DNA of 64,000 nucleotides, from contig JAAWKU010000005.1 in assembly GCA_022797535.1 (NCBI GenBank), positions 3,175 to 67,174 on the forward strand. The letters run 5' to 3'. The translations under genes and the position numbers were made by a program. The notes beneath the pieces are model-generated. The model did no database searches. It had not been told where the DNA came from and worked only from the letters and a program-made list of their open reading frames with translations. The stretch comes from Lachnospiraceae bacterium. GTDB lineage: Bacteria > Bacillota > Clostridia > Lachnospirales > Lachnospiraceae. Every line of letters begins with the position of its first letter. The first letter of the stretch is position 1. Below, piece by piece: positions 48,860-57,210 of this stretch.

Positions 48860-49680
48860 TTATAGCTTCAAAGCGTTTTTCGGACATTCTTCCACGCATT
48901 TCATGCACAAAATACATTCCGTTGCATTTTTCCTCTTTCGAGAGTTGCTTGAAACTTCAACATCCATAGGGCATACCTTTTCGCATTTTCCGCAGGAGAT
49001 GCATTTCTTTTCATCCACCTTAATTCGGAAAATTGAAAAGTAACTCATGGGCTTTAAAAAAAGGGTAATCGGACATATGTATTTGCAAAAGGCTCTGTTG
49101 TCTTTGCATTTATAGGCCAGGGCGATTCCGACGGCATAGTAGAGGATATTTCCAATGATGAAACTCCACCACATAATTTCCCCTTTGTTCGGGACTTGGA
49201 GAATAAAAAGCAGGCTGACAAACAGAAGTGAAGCCGCAAAAACAAAATATTGAATAATTCCCCAAGGCTTACGGGGGGCGGAGGCTGATTTAAATGGGAG
49301 CAAATCCAAAACCATGGCAGTCCAACAGGCATAGCCGCACCACCCGCGCCCAAATAACAGCGGGCCGAAAATTTTTGCAATCACATAGTGGATCGTGGCG
49401 GCTTCAAATACTCCCAGGAAAAGATAATACCAGAACCCCTCTATCTGCATATTTTCCCTGCAAAGAAAGCCCAGATACACAAGCATGTACAGGCCAACCG
49501 CAAACTGCACTACATTCCGGGCATATTTTCTCTTTTGCCCATATAAGAATAAGCCGGCTGCAATAGCTGTGCCAATATAGGAGAAATTGAATAGATAAAA
49601 TATATTATCCAGAAAAAACCACAATGTTACCGCGATTGTTTCAAAAACACTGATGTACTCTTTCCCAGCCGATGAATTAA
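48860..49680 (-). CDS. Membrane polyferredoxin (4Fe-4S binding protein); start uncertain
   Basis: TM helices, [17 protein letters not shown], two CxxCxxCxxxCP motifs; no clear start codon near the conserved N-terminus. Confidence 0.75.
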
Positions 49681-49826
49681 CAGGGTGGATAATTCCTGTG
49701 GGATTGTCCGATACTGTATATACAAACAGGCGCGGGACAGAGTTGTCCCCAAGGAGATGGGGCGTCACAGACATACTGTGTTTCCATGACGCTCCAGGGG
49801 TCCTTCAGCCGGGAAAGGAAGAAAAC

Positions 49827-51770
49827 ATGAGTAATCATCTAAAAGACGCCACCAGTCCCTATCTTCTGCAGCATTCGGAAAATCCGGTGGACTGGTATCC
49901 CTGGTGTGAAGAGGCGTTTGACAGGGCCCGGAGGGAGGACAAACCGATCTTCCTTAGCATCGGCTACAGTACCTGTCACTGGTGCCATGTCATGGCCCAT
50001 GAAAGTTTTGAAGACAGCGCCACGGCAGCAATTCTCAACAGATATTTTATAGCCATAAAAGTGGATCGTGAGGAACGCCCCGATATTGACAGTGTGTACA
50101 TGTCGGTATGTCAGGCGTTCACCGGCAGCGGCGGCTGGCCCATGAGCATTTTTATGACATGGGATAAAAAGCCTTTTTTGGCAGGCACCTATTTCCCGGT
50201 GGAGGCCCGGTACGGTATGCCGGCTTTTTCCGATTTGCTGCGGAGGGTGGCGGAGCATTGGAACAGCGGGCGGAAGGAATTTCTGCGCACGGCGGATCAG
50301 ATCATCTCTTATCTGAGGCAATCCAATGCCGTCTGTGAAAGTAAAAATGAGGATAATCTATGCGGGAGCGCAGTGCGGATGTTCTTTGAAAGGTTTGACC
50401 ACACATACGGCGGATTCGGGGCCGCTCCCAAATTTCCCATGCCCCATAATCTGCTGTTTCTGCTGTTGCGCGCTAAGCAGAACCATGACAGGGAGGCGCT
50501 GAAAATGGTGGAAAAGACCCTTACGCAGATGCGAAGAGGCGGTATCTTTGACCAGATCGGCTATGGGTTTTCCAGATATTCCACGGACAGGTATTTCCTT
50601 GCGCCTCACTTTGAAAAAATGCTGTATGACAATGCCCTGCTGATTCTCGCGTATGCATCGGCATATGAACTGACTCGGAATCCTTTCTATCTGGATACCG
50701 CGGAAAAAACTGCCCGGTATGTGCTGGGTGAAATGACTTCTCCGGGCGGCGGCTTTTACAGCGCTCAGGATGCGGACAGTCAGGGCCTGGAGGGAAGATA
50801 CTATACTTTTACAAGGGATGAAATCCTGGAGGTTCTGGGGGCGGAAAGAGGAGCTCTGTTTGCGGAGACCTTTGATATCACCCACCGGGGCAATTTTGAG
50901 GGCGTAAATATTCCCAATCTTTTAAGGAGCAATGGATCCGGGGATGACTTCGGAGCCGAGATTGAAAAGTTGTACAAATACCGAAAAAACCGTTTCAGGC
51001 TGCATCTGGACGATAAGGTTCTGACTTCCTGGAATTCCATGATGATAGCGGCGTTGTGCGTCCTTCACAGAGTTTCCCGGAGCGGGGAAGTTCTGCAGGC
51101 AGCGGTCAGCGCACAGCAATTTATCGAAAAAAATCTGTGTGAAGAAGCACGCTTATATACAAGCTGGCGTGAGGGGAAAAGGGCGGAGAACAGCTTTCTG
51201 GACGACTACGCATTCTATACGGCGGCTCTGATGGAACTGTATCATGTCACCCTGGAGAGCCGTTATCTGGAAAAGGCGGAACAGTTTTGTCGGGAGGCGG
51301 TAAGCCGTTTCGCTGATGTACAAAACGGAGGATTTTTCCTTTCCGACACGGGCAGCATGGAACTTTTCATGAACCCGAAAGAAACTTATGACGGCGCAAT
51401 TCCCAGTGGCAATTCGGTTATGGCCTATAATCTTGTGAGGCTGTATCAGATCACGGGTAAAGAGGCGTACTTAGCGCTGGCGGAGAAGCAGATCCGCTTT
51501 CTGTCCGCCCGGGCCCGGGAGGACCCGGCGGGCCACAGCCTGTTTCTGCTTGCGAAGCAGCTTTATGATAATCCGCCGGAGCACCTTGTAATCGCTCTGA
51601 AAAAGGAGTCGGATCTGGAGGAAATAAAGGGACGGCTTCCGGTGCTGGCCAATGTAGCCGTGGTATTAGAAAGCGGGGAATATCCTCTGATCAATGACAG
51701 CACCACCTTTTACGTCTGCAGGAACCACACCTGCTACCCGCCGACAAATGCATGGCCCGTCCCTGACTGA
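49827..51770 (+). CDS. Thioredoxin-domain/six-hairpin glycosidase-like protein (YyaL/DUF255, SPATA20-like)
   Basis: [56 protein letters not shown]. Confidence 0.92.
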   Translation: MSNHLKDATSPYLLQHSENPVDWYPWCEEAFDRARREDKPIFLSIGYSTCHWCHVMAHESFEDSATAAILNRYFIAIKVDREERPDIDSVYMSVCQAFTGSGGWPMSIFMTWDKKPFLAGTYFPVEARYGMPAFSDLLRRVAEHWNSGRKEFLRTADQIISYLRQSNAVCESKNEDNLCGSAVRMFFERFDHTYGGFGAAPKFPMPHNLLFLLLRAKQNHDREALKMVEKTLTQMRRGGIFDQIGYGFSRYSTDRYFLAPHFEKMLYDNALLILAYASAYELTRNPFYLDTAEKTARYVLGEMTSPGGGFYSAQDADSQGLEGRYYTFTRDEILEVLGAERGALFAETFDITHRGNFEGVNIPNLLRSNGSGDDFGAEIEKLYKYRKNRFRLHLDDKVLTSWNSMMIAALCVLHRVSRSGEVLQAAVSAQQFIEKNLCEEARLYTSWREGKRAENSFLDDYAFYTAALMELYHVTLESRYLEKAEQFCREAVSRFADVQNGGFFLSDTGSMELFMNPKETYDGAIPSGNSVMAYNLVRLYQITGKEAYLALAEKQIRFLSARAREDPAGHSLFLLAKQLYDNPPEHLVIALKKESDLEEIKGRLPVLANVAVVLESGEYPLINDSTTFYVCRNHTCYPPTNAWPVPD

Positions 51771-51856
51771 GTTCCCATCAGACGGCATTGCTGTCGGCCA
51801 ACGATGCCGCCGCATCGCCCTCTCCTCCGCCTTGCCTATGGAACCTCTGCCTTGGG

Positions 51857-51928
51857 AGTGAAGTGCACGCAGTCCTGGGTAGTGAGGAGCACGCAGTCCT
51901 GGGTAGTGAAGTGACACGCAGCCCTGGG
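51857..51928. repeat. 24-bp tandem repeat, three copies, intergenic
   Basis: AGTGA(A/G)G(T/A)GCACGCAGTCCTGGG(T) at 51857, 51881 and 51905. Confidence 0.85.
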
Positions 51929-52049
51929 GAGGATGAGAAGGCAGTGCCGGCTAAAGGCAGGGCGATAGGTTCGGGTTGTAGGGCAGGGGCTGAAAATGGT
52001 ATAATGGAACAAAATCCCGGGAGGCAGGAAAACCAGGAGTGGAGAGAAC

Positions 52050-53279
52050 ATGAGAGAAGAATTGTATCGAGACGCACAGACAATCATAGGGGAGGCAATC
52101 GCCGCAGTGTCGCCGGATGAGGCCGTGAGAAGGGCTTTGGAGGGGAAACGCTTTGCCGGGAAAAGCCGTCTGGTGGCAGTGGGGAAAGCTGCATGGCAGA
52201 TGGCCCGGGCGGCGCTGGAGTGCCTGGAAGAACCTACGGCTGGAGGGATCGTACTGACAAAATACGGGCATGTGAAGGGGCCTTTGCCGGGCATTCGCTG
52301 CCTGGAGGCCGGACATCCTGTGCCGGACGAAAATTCCTACCGAGGGACCCGGGAGGTGCTGCGTTTCACGGAAAATCTCACGGAGGAGGACACGGTTCTG
52401 TTTCTTCTCTCGGGGGGAGGAAGCGCCCTGTTTGAGCAGCCTCTGATTCCGGCCCGGGAGACGGAGGAGATTACCCGACAGCTACTGGCCTGTGGGGCAG
52501 ATATCACGGAGATGAATACTGTCAGAAAGCGGCTCAGCGGCGTAAAAGGAGGCCGTTTTGCGGCGCACTGCGCCCCGGCCCGGGTGGAGGCGGTGGTATT
52601 GAGCGATATCCTGGGCGATCCGCTGGATATGATTGCAGGCGGTCCGGTGACGCCGGACACAGGCACTTTTGCCCGGGCCCGTGAGATTATTCAAACATAT
52701 GGGATTGCCCTGAGCGCGGAAGGATGGGAGGCATTGGCCCGGGAGGCGCCGGGACCCGTTACAAATGTACATACACAGATCATCGGCAGCGTTGGTCAAC
52801 TCTGTCAGGCAGCCCGGGAAAGCTGTGCGCGTCTGGGATATGAGACGATCTTTCTCACGGACCGGCTTGCCTGCGAAGCCCGGGAAGCCGGCCGCTTTCT
52901 GGCCTCCGTGGCGGCCAGTCATGCCGGATGCGGCCGAAAGCTGGCCTTTGTCGCGGGCGGGGAGACCTTGGTCCATCTGACTGGAAAGGGACTGGGCGGG
53001 CGGAATCAGGAACTGGCGCTGGCCGCCGTCCAGAGCCTGGAGGGGCTGGACGCGGCAGTGTTCAGTGTGGGAAGCGACGGTACGGACGGCCCCACGGACG
53101 CGGCTGGCGGCTATGTGGACGGCGACACGGCGGCAGTTCTGCGAGAGCGGAATATCCGTCCTGCGCAGGCGCTGGCGGACAATGACTCCTACCATGCGCT
53201 GCAGGCTGCGGGGGGACTTCTGGTTACGGGTCCCACGGGCACTAATGTAAACGATCTGACAGTGGTGCTGGTGGGATAA
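52050..53279 (+). CDS. Glycerate kinase type 2 (DUF4147/MOFRL)
   Basis: AVGKAA, EAGHPVPD, SGGGSAL, RKRLSGVKGG, GGET, GGRNQE, SDGTDGPT, TGPTGTNVND. Confidence 0.9.
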   Translation: MREELYRDAQTIIGEAIAAVSPDEAVRRALEGKRFAGKSRLVAVGKAAWQMARAALECLEEPTAGGIVLTKYGHVKGPLPGIRCLEAGHPVPDENSYRGTREVLRFTENLTEEDTVLFLLSGGGSALFEQPLIPARETEEITRQLLACGADITEMNTVRKRLSGVKGGRFAAHCAPARVEAVVLSDILGDPLDMIAGGPVTPDTGTFARAREIIQTYGIALSAEGWEALAREAPGPVTNVHTQIIGSVGQLCQAARESCARLGYETIFLTDRLACEAREAGRFLASVAASHAGCGRKLAFVAGGETLVHLTGKGLGGRNQELALAAVQSLEGLDAAVFSVGSDGTDGPTDAAGGYVDGDTAAVLRERNIRPAQALADNDSYHALQAAGGLLVTGPTGTNVNDLTVVLVG

Positions 53280-53312
53280 TAATTTTAAATTTAAAAAAAT
53301 TAAAATTAGGTA

Positions 53313-53358
53313 TTGACATAAATCTCGTATGTGATAACATATCTCATATACGGGATTT
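53313..53358 (+). promoter_or_regulatory. Promoter overlapped by a 15-bp inverted repeat (probable XRE operator)
   Basis: TTGACA (53313), extended -10 TGaTAACAT; AAATCTCGTATGTGA (53320) / TCATATACGGGATTT (53344). Confidence 0.65.
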
Positions 53359-53408
53359 TGTCATGCATCTCAACTCAATTACAGCACATTCCCGGGGAGA
53401 GCGCCCGG

Positions 53409-53616
53409 CGGCAGCGGCCCGCAGTCGCTCATCGGTGTGTGCGCCGCATAGAATATGCGGAACAGAAAACAGCAAATAAAAACAGCAAATAAAAACAGCA
53501 TATGAAAACAGCATATGAAAACAGCAAATTCCCGGAGAACGCACTGAGTGATTGTGGGACGCGGCAGCGGCCCGCAGCTGCTCGCCGATGTGTGTGCCGC
53601 AGGGAATATACGGAAC
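53409..53616. repeat. Two imperfect 55-bp GC-rich repeats (53409-53463, 53562-53616) flanking five 13-bp tandem units (53466-53530)
   Basis: CGGCAGCGGCCCGCAG..GCTC..CG.TGTGTG.GCCGCA..GAATAT.CGGAAC twice; AAAACAGCA(A/T)AT(A/G/T) five times. Confidence 0.9.
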
Positions 53617-53638
53617 TATAAATGAAGGAGGAGAAGTG

Positions 53639-53929
53639 ATGAGAGAAGCAATGGATTACATTATGGATCTGGAGGGCAACAAGATTCTGATTGAGGCGGA
53701 GCAGAAGCGCATGAAGCAGGATCTGGCGGAACAGTACGTGCATATGCGCAAGGACATGAAGCTGACCCAGGAGCAGGTATCCCGCCGTTCCGGCATTCCC
53801 AGGTCCAATATCGCGCGGTTTGAGAGCGGCAGATACAATCCCTCTCTGGAATTGATGGTAAAGATGGCGGCGGCCATGGGCCTGAAAGTGCAGATTCAGC
53901 TTGTACCCGACAAGGACGCAAAAAAATAA
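53639..53929 (+). CDS. XRE/Cro-C1 HTH protein (HigA-like)
   Basis: LTQEQVSRRSGIPRSNIARFESGRYNPSLE; RBS AAGGAGGA. Confidence 0.88.
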   Translation: MREAMDYIMDLEGNKILIEAEQKRMKQDLAEQYVHMRKDMKLTQEQVSRRSGIPRSNIARFESGRYNPSLELMVKMAAAMGLKVQIQLVPDKDAKK

Positions 53930-53987
53930 GGCTGTCATGTCCCGTGTTATGCAGGGGTACAACAGTTAAGATCTGGGAGGCAGTAAA

Positions 53988-54596
53988 ATGTTGAAAGAGA
54001 TGAAGTGGAATATGCTGTTGTCGGCGGCGCTGTATATGGTGCTGGGGCTGATCATGCTGATCTTCCCGGCGACCACGGCCCATACGATCTGCTACCTGCT
54101 CGCCGGGATCGCTATTGTGATCGGTCTGGTGAACCTGGTGGTCTATTTTACACGGAATATCACCCGCAATTATTACCGCAATGACTTTGTGACGGGGCTG
54201 ATGCTGATGATTTTAGGCTTTTTCGTGATCTACCAGGTGGATCTGATCATTTCACTGGTGCCCTTTATCATCGGTTTGTGCATCATTGTCAGCGGCCTGT
54301 TTAAACTCCAGGGGTCTCTGGATGTGCAGCGCATGGGGGGCAACGCCGTGGTGATCCTGGGGGTGGCGGTGGTCAACGTGGCGGTGGGTATCCTAATGGT
54401 GATCAATCCCTTTGATACGGCTCTGCTGCTGTACAGTCTGCTGGGCGCGGGTCTGCTGTTCAGCGGATTGACTGACCTGGCTTCTACCCTGTACCTCTCC
54501 AACAAGATGCACAGCTATATCAGGAAGATGGAAGATGCGGACGGTGCAATTAAAGTGACGGTCAGCCCTCCCGGGCCGAATAGTTCCGTGCCGTGA
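53988..54596 (+). CDS. HdeD/DUF308-family membrane protein
   Basis: Six hydrophobic segments, LIFP and INPF motifs. Confidence 0.75.
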   Translation: MLKEMKWNMLLSAALYMVLGLIMLIFPATTAHTICYLLAGIAIVIGLVNLVVYFTRNITRNYYRNDFVTGLMLMILGFFVIYQVDLIISLVPFIIGLCIIVSGLFKLQGSLDVQRMGGNAVVILGVAVVNVAVGILMVINPFDTALLLYSLLGAGLLFSGLTDLASTLYLSNKMHSYIRKMEDADGAIKVTVSPPGPNSSVP

Positions 54597-54649
54597 TCCC
54601 GGATGGTTGCAGAGAGTGTTTCCTCCTCTGTTTTGCCGGAAGGCAAAAT

Positions 54650-54681
54650 GGGGCGGCCCCTGCCGGACCGCCCCGCTTTTT
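54650..54681 (+). terminator. Rho-independent terminator
   Basis: GGGGCGG / CCGCCCC stem followed by GCTTTTT. Confidence 0.55.
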
Positions 54682-54890
54682 ATATGATAAACAGCGCGCT
54701 GCACTGTAATGTTTAGGCGAAGCTGGTCAACACCGAAAGCAGCGCTGGCAGCTTCTTTTAAGTATCAGTTTTCGTCTTGCTGATAGATACATCTTATCAG
54801 GGAAATGTGTCCAAAGTGTAGATGATTCCGAAAGAAAAAATGAAGAAATAATGAAAAATGTGGAAAATTGCACAAATGAAAAATTGGGTA

Positions 54891-54918
54891 TTGCATTTTA
54901 TGCGTATCGTGATATAAT
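54891..54918 (+). promoter_or_regulatory. tRNA promoter
   Basis: TTGCAT (54891) - 16 bp - TATAAT (54913) with extended TG. Confidence 0.7.
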
Positions 54919-54927
54919 AAGGTTCAT

Positions 54928-55001
54928 GGAAGCATAGCTCAGCTGGGATGAGCGTTCGCCTCACACGCGAAAGGTCAGGAGTTCGAGCCTCCTTGCTTCC
55001 A
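54928..55001 (+). tRNA. tRNA-Val(CAC)
   Basis: GGAAGCA/TGCTTCC acceptor stem, GCTC/GAGC D stem, TTCGC/GCGAA anticodon stem with CT-CAC-AC loop, GTTCGAG T loop; discriminator A, no extra encoded CCA. Confidence 0.95.
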
Positions 55002-55121
55002 TTTTTTTACCCTCCAGTAGTTTACCAATTTAAAGTGCGACACTTTAAACCGATAAACTAAAGGACTGTTCTTCCGGGCGCAGTATCAGAACAGGCGCCC
55101 GAAGCAGAACCCCAGAAAGGA

Positions 55122-56117
55122 ATGGCTATAGAGATGAGCAGAGAGAGGCAGGGCAGCCTGGTATCCTTCCGTCCGGATATCAAGGTAGTGGATTGCACAT
55201 TGAGGGACGGCGGACTTGTGAATCATTTCAGATTTACTGACGAGTTTGTTAGAGACCTGTATCTGGCCAACATTAAGGCCGGAGTGGACTATATGGAGTT
55301 TGGATACAAGGCTTCCAAGGAGATCTTCAGGAGAGAGGATTTCGGCAAATGGAAGTTTTGCGATGAGAAGGACATTCGGGAGATTGTGGGGGACAATAAG
55401 ACGGATATGAAGATTTCCGTCATGGCGGATGTAGGCCGCACCGATTTCAGGAAGGATATCTTAAACCGCAAGGACAGCGTCATCGACCTGGTGCGGGTGG
55501 CCACTTATATCAATACCATTCCCGCCGCCATAGAGATGCTGGAGGACGCCAAGAAGAAGGGCTACGAGACTACGGTCAATATTATGGCGGTGTCCAAGGT
55601 GGGAGATGCGGAACTGGACGGCGGTCTGGAATTGCTGGCCCAGAGCAGTGTGGATGTGATTTACCTGGTGGACAGCTTCGGCGCTTTTTTTCCGGAACAG
55701 GTGGAAAGGCTGACGGACAAGTATTTGGATGTGGCTGCGAAATATGGCAAGAAGGTGGGTATGCACGCCCACAACAATCAGCAGCTGGCCTTTGCCAACA
55801 CCATAGAAAGTCTTTCCAAAGGAGCGAGTTATCTGGATGCCACAGTCAGCGGTATGGGCCGCGGAGCAGGTAACTGCTATATGGAACTGCTGCTGAGTTT
55901 CCTGCGTAATCCCAGGTACAATAAGATCGCCATTATGAATTTCATTGAGAAACATATCGGCAAGCTGAAAGAGGAAGGAGCCGTGTGGGGCTATGATATT
56001 CCCTATCTGCTCACAGGCACGCTGAACTGCCATCCTTCCGCAGCCATTCAATTTATAAAGGAGAAGAGAACGGATTACGCCCTGTTTTACCAGGAATTAA
56101 TTGACAGCGCATTGTAA
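55122..56117 (+). CDS. DRE-TIM metallolyase (HMGL-like aldolase catalytic domain)
   Basis: DCTLRDGG, YLVDSFG, GMHAHNN, DATVSGMGRGAGNC. Confidence 0.85.
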   Translation: MAIEMSRERQGSLVSFRPDIKVVDCTLRDGGLVNHFRFTDEFVRDLYLANIKAGVDYMEFGYKASKEIFRREDFGKWKFCDEKDIREIVGDNKTDMKISVMADVGRTDFRKDILNRKDSVIDLVRVATYINTIPAAIEMLEDAKKKGYETTVNIMAVSKVGDAELDGGLELLAQSSVDVIYLVDSFGAFFPEQVERLTDKYLDVAAKYGKKVGMHAHNNQQLAFANTIESLSKGASYLDATVSGMGRGAGNCYMELLLSFLRNPRYNKIAIMNFIEKHIGKLKEEGAVWGYDIPYLLTGTLNCHPSAAIQFIKEKRTDYALFYQELIDSAL

Positions 56118-56147
56118 TGAGAGTATTGCGCTTGGTAAGTACATGTG

Positions 56148-56179
56148 AAAAAGGACTGGCGGTGAGGCCAGTCCTTTTT
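56148..56179. terminator. Bidirectional Rho-independent terminator
   Basis: AAAAAGGACTGGC-GGTGAG-GCCAGTCCTTTTT. Confidence 0.9.
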
Positions 56180-56285
56180 GGCAATATTAGGGAATTATTG
56201 GCTTAATCATTCCAAACATATTTTACATATAAAGCGCCGATGGAGTATGTGTGGCTTTTGATATTTACGAGTTAAGAACGATATT

Positions 56286-56629
56286 TTATGCCTTTAGCAT
56301 ATCTTCATAGGTAACGAGTGTTACATTACCCATCTCGCTCGCCCTCTGGGTACAGCCTTTAGTAAAACCGGTTTTGGCAAAGAGGTAAAATATGTTTTCT
56401 TGTAGTTGTACAAAGCGGCATTTTGATCCGTTCCTATAATGTCAATTTCTTCTTGGGACTTGGTTTTAGGATTTGCTCCTCACCAACGACCAATATCGGT
56501 GAAGATCACCGCACATTTGCCTTCAAGGAGCAGCTTCCACAGATATTGCCTGCAAATATCCTCAAACACGCCACCCATATAAGATGAAAGTTCGGGAGAA
56601 ATGCGCTTGTATGCAAGGTCTGCCGCTCC
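56286..56629 (-). pseudogene. C-terminal fragment of an AAA ATPase/DUF234 nuclease-like protein
   Basis: GAADLAYKRI..YMGGVFEDICRQYL..GRW*G..QEEIDI, then a deletion/frameshift to YLFAKTGFTKG..VTLVTYEDML; in-frame TGA at 56480. Confidence 0.7.
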
Positions 56630-56680
56630 GGCAGCTCCATAGTCGGCATTTTTAGAGCTGATATGTTTGAATGCTGCCAA
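56630..56680 (-). pseudogene. First ~17 codons of a relaxase
   Basis: LAAFKHISSKNADYGAA overlapping the mobC end, as I recall for mobC-relaxase pairs of clostridial elements. Confidence 0.6.
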
Positions 56681-56980
56681 CGGCTTCACCTACTTTCTGC
56701 AAGACTTCAAACTTCAAGGCGGCAAGCTCCGCTATGGCGGCTCGTACCTTATTGGAGAGGGCGTTATAAGGAGCGCCGTACTCATTCAGACAGCGGGCAA
56801 TCTGATTTAAGTTGCCGCCGATTTTCCCGTATTCGGCTGTAAGTTTCTGGGCGGCAGAGAGCAGTTCATCATTGACCGGGGAAACGGTAATGACGGGCTG
56901 TATTCTCGACTTGATAAGGGCTTGCCGGATATATTCAGACTGGCTCATTTGGCAGAGTGACACGCTCGGAAAACCCGGCG
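56652..56980 (-). pseudogene. mobC: MobC relaxosome accessory protein, 5'-truncated
   Basis: MSQSEYIRQA..KLTAEYGKIGGNLNQIAR motif; no start codon or RBS. Confidence 0.8.
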
Positions 56981-57174
56981 GCTTCAAAGATTTGAGCCTT
57001 TGTGAATACCCTCCCCGGACTGGCGGCAAGGTAACAGAGTGCGCCGTATTCCAAACGGGTAAGGCTTATGTCTACACCGTCTTTCAGTACCCGGCGTTGG
57101 TGTAGTCTGATTTCCAATCCCGGAAAAATCAGAGATGGGGAATGTGGCGGCTGCATGGCTTCCAGCGGTATCAT
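56981..57174 (-). pseudogene. Fragment of an OmpR-type winged-helix regulator
   Basis: GLEIRLHQRRVLKDG..ISLTRLEYGALCYLAASPGRVFTKAQIFEA, cut before the recognition helix. Confidence 0.7.
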
Positions 57175-57210
57175 TTCAGCAAGGGCGGCTATGGTGTCCT
57201 CAACTGCTGA

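Noticed and set aside
51788-52120. 110-aa ORF containing LGSE repeats
   Set aside because: Arises from the 24-bp intergenic repeat; no RBS or domain evidence.
54714-54756. Hairpin GAAGCTG/CAGCTTC containing GAAAGCAGC, considered as SRP RNA
   Set aside because: Lacks the CAGG..GGAAGGAAGCAG symmetric-loop motif; at most a second terminator-like hairpin.
54928-55001. tRNA-Val as the integration site of the 56-59 kb remnant
   Set aside because: No duplicated tRNA 3' end or integrase was seen, and a host-like aldolase gene lies between them.
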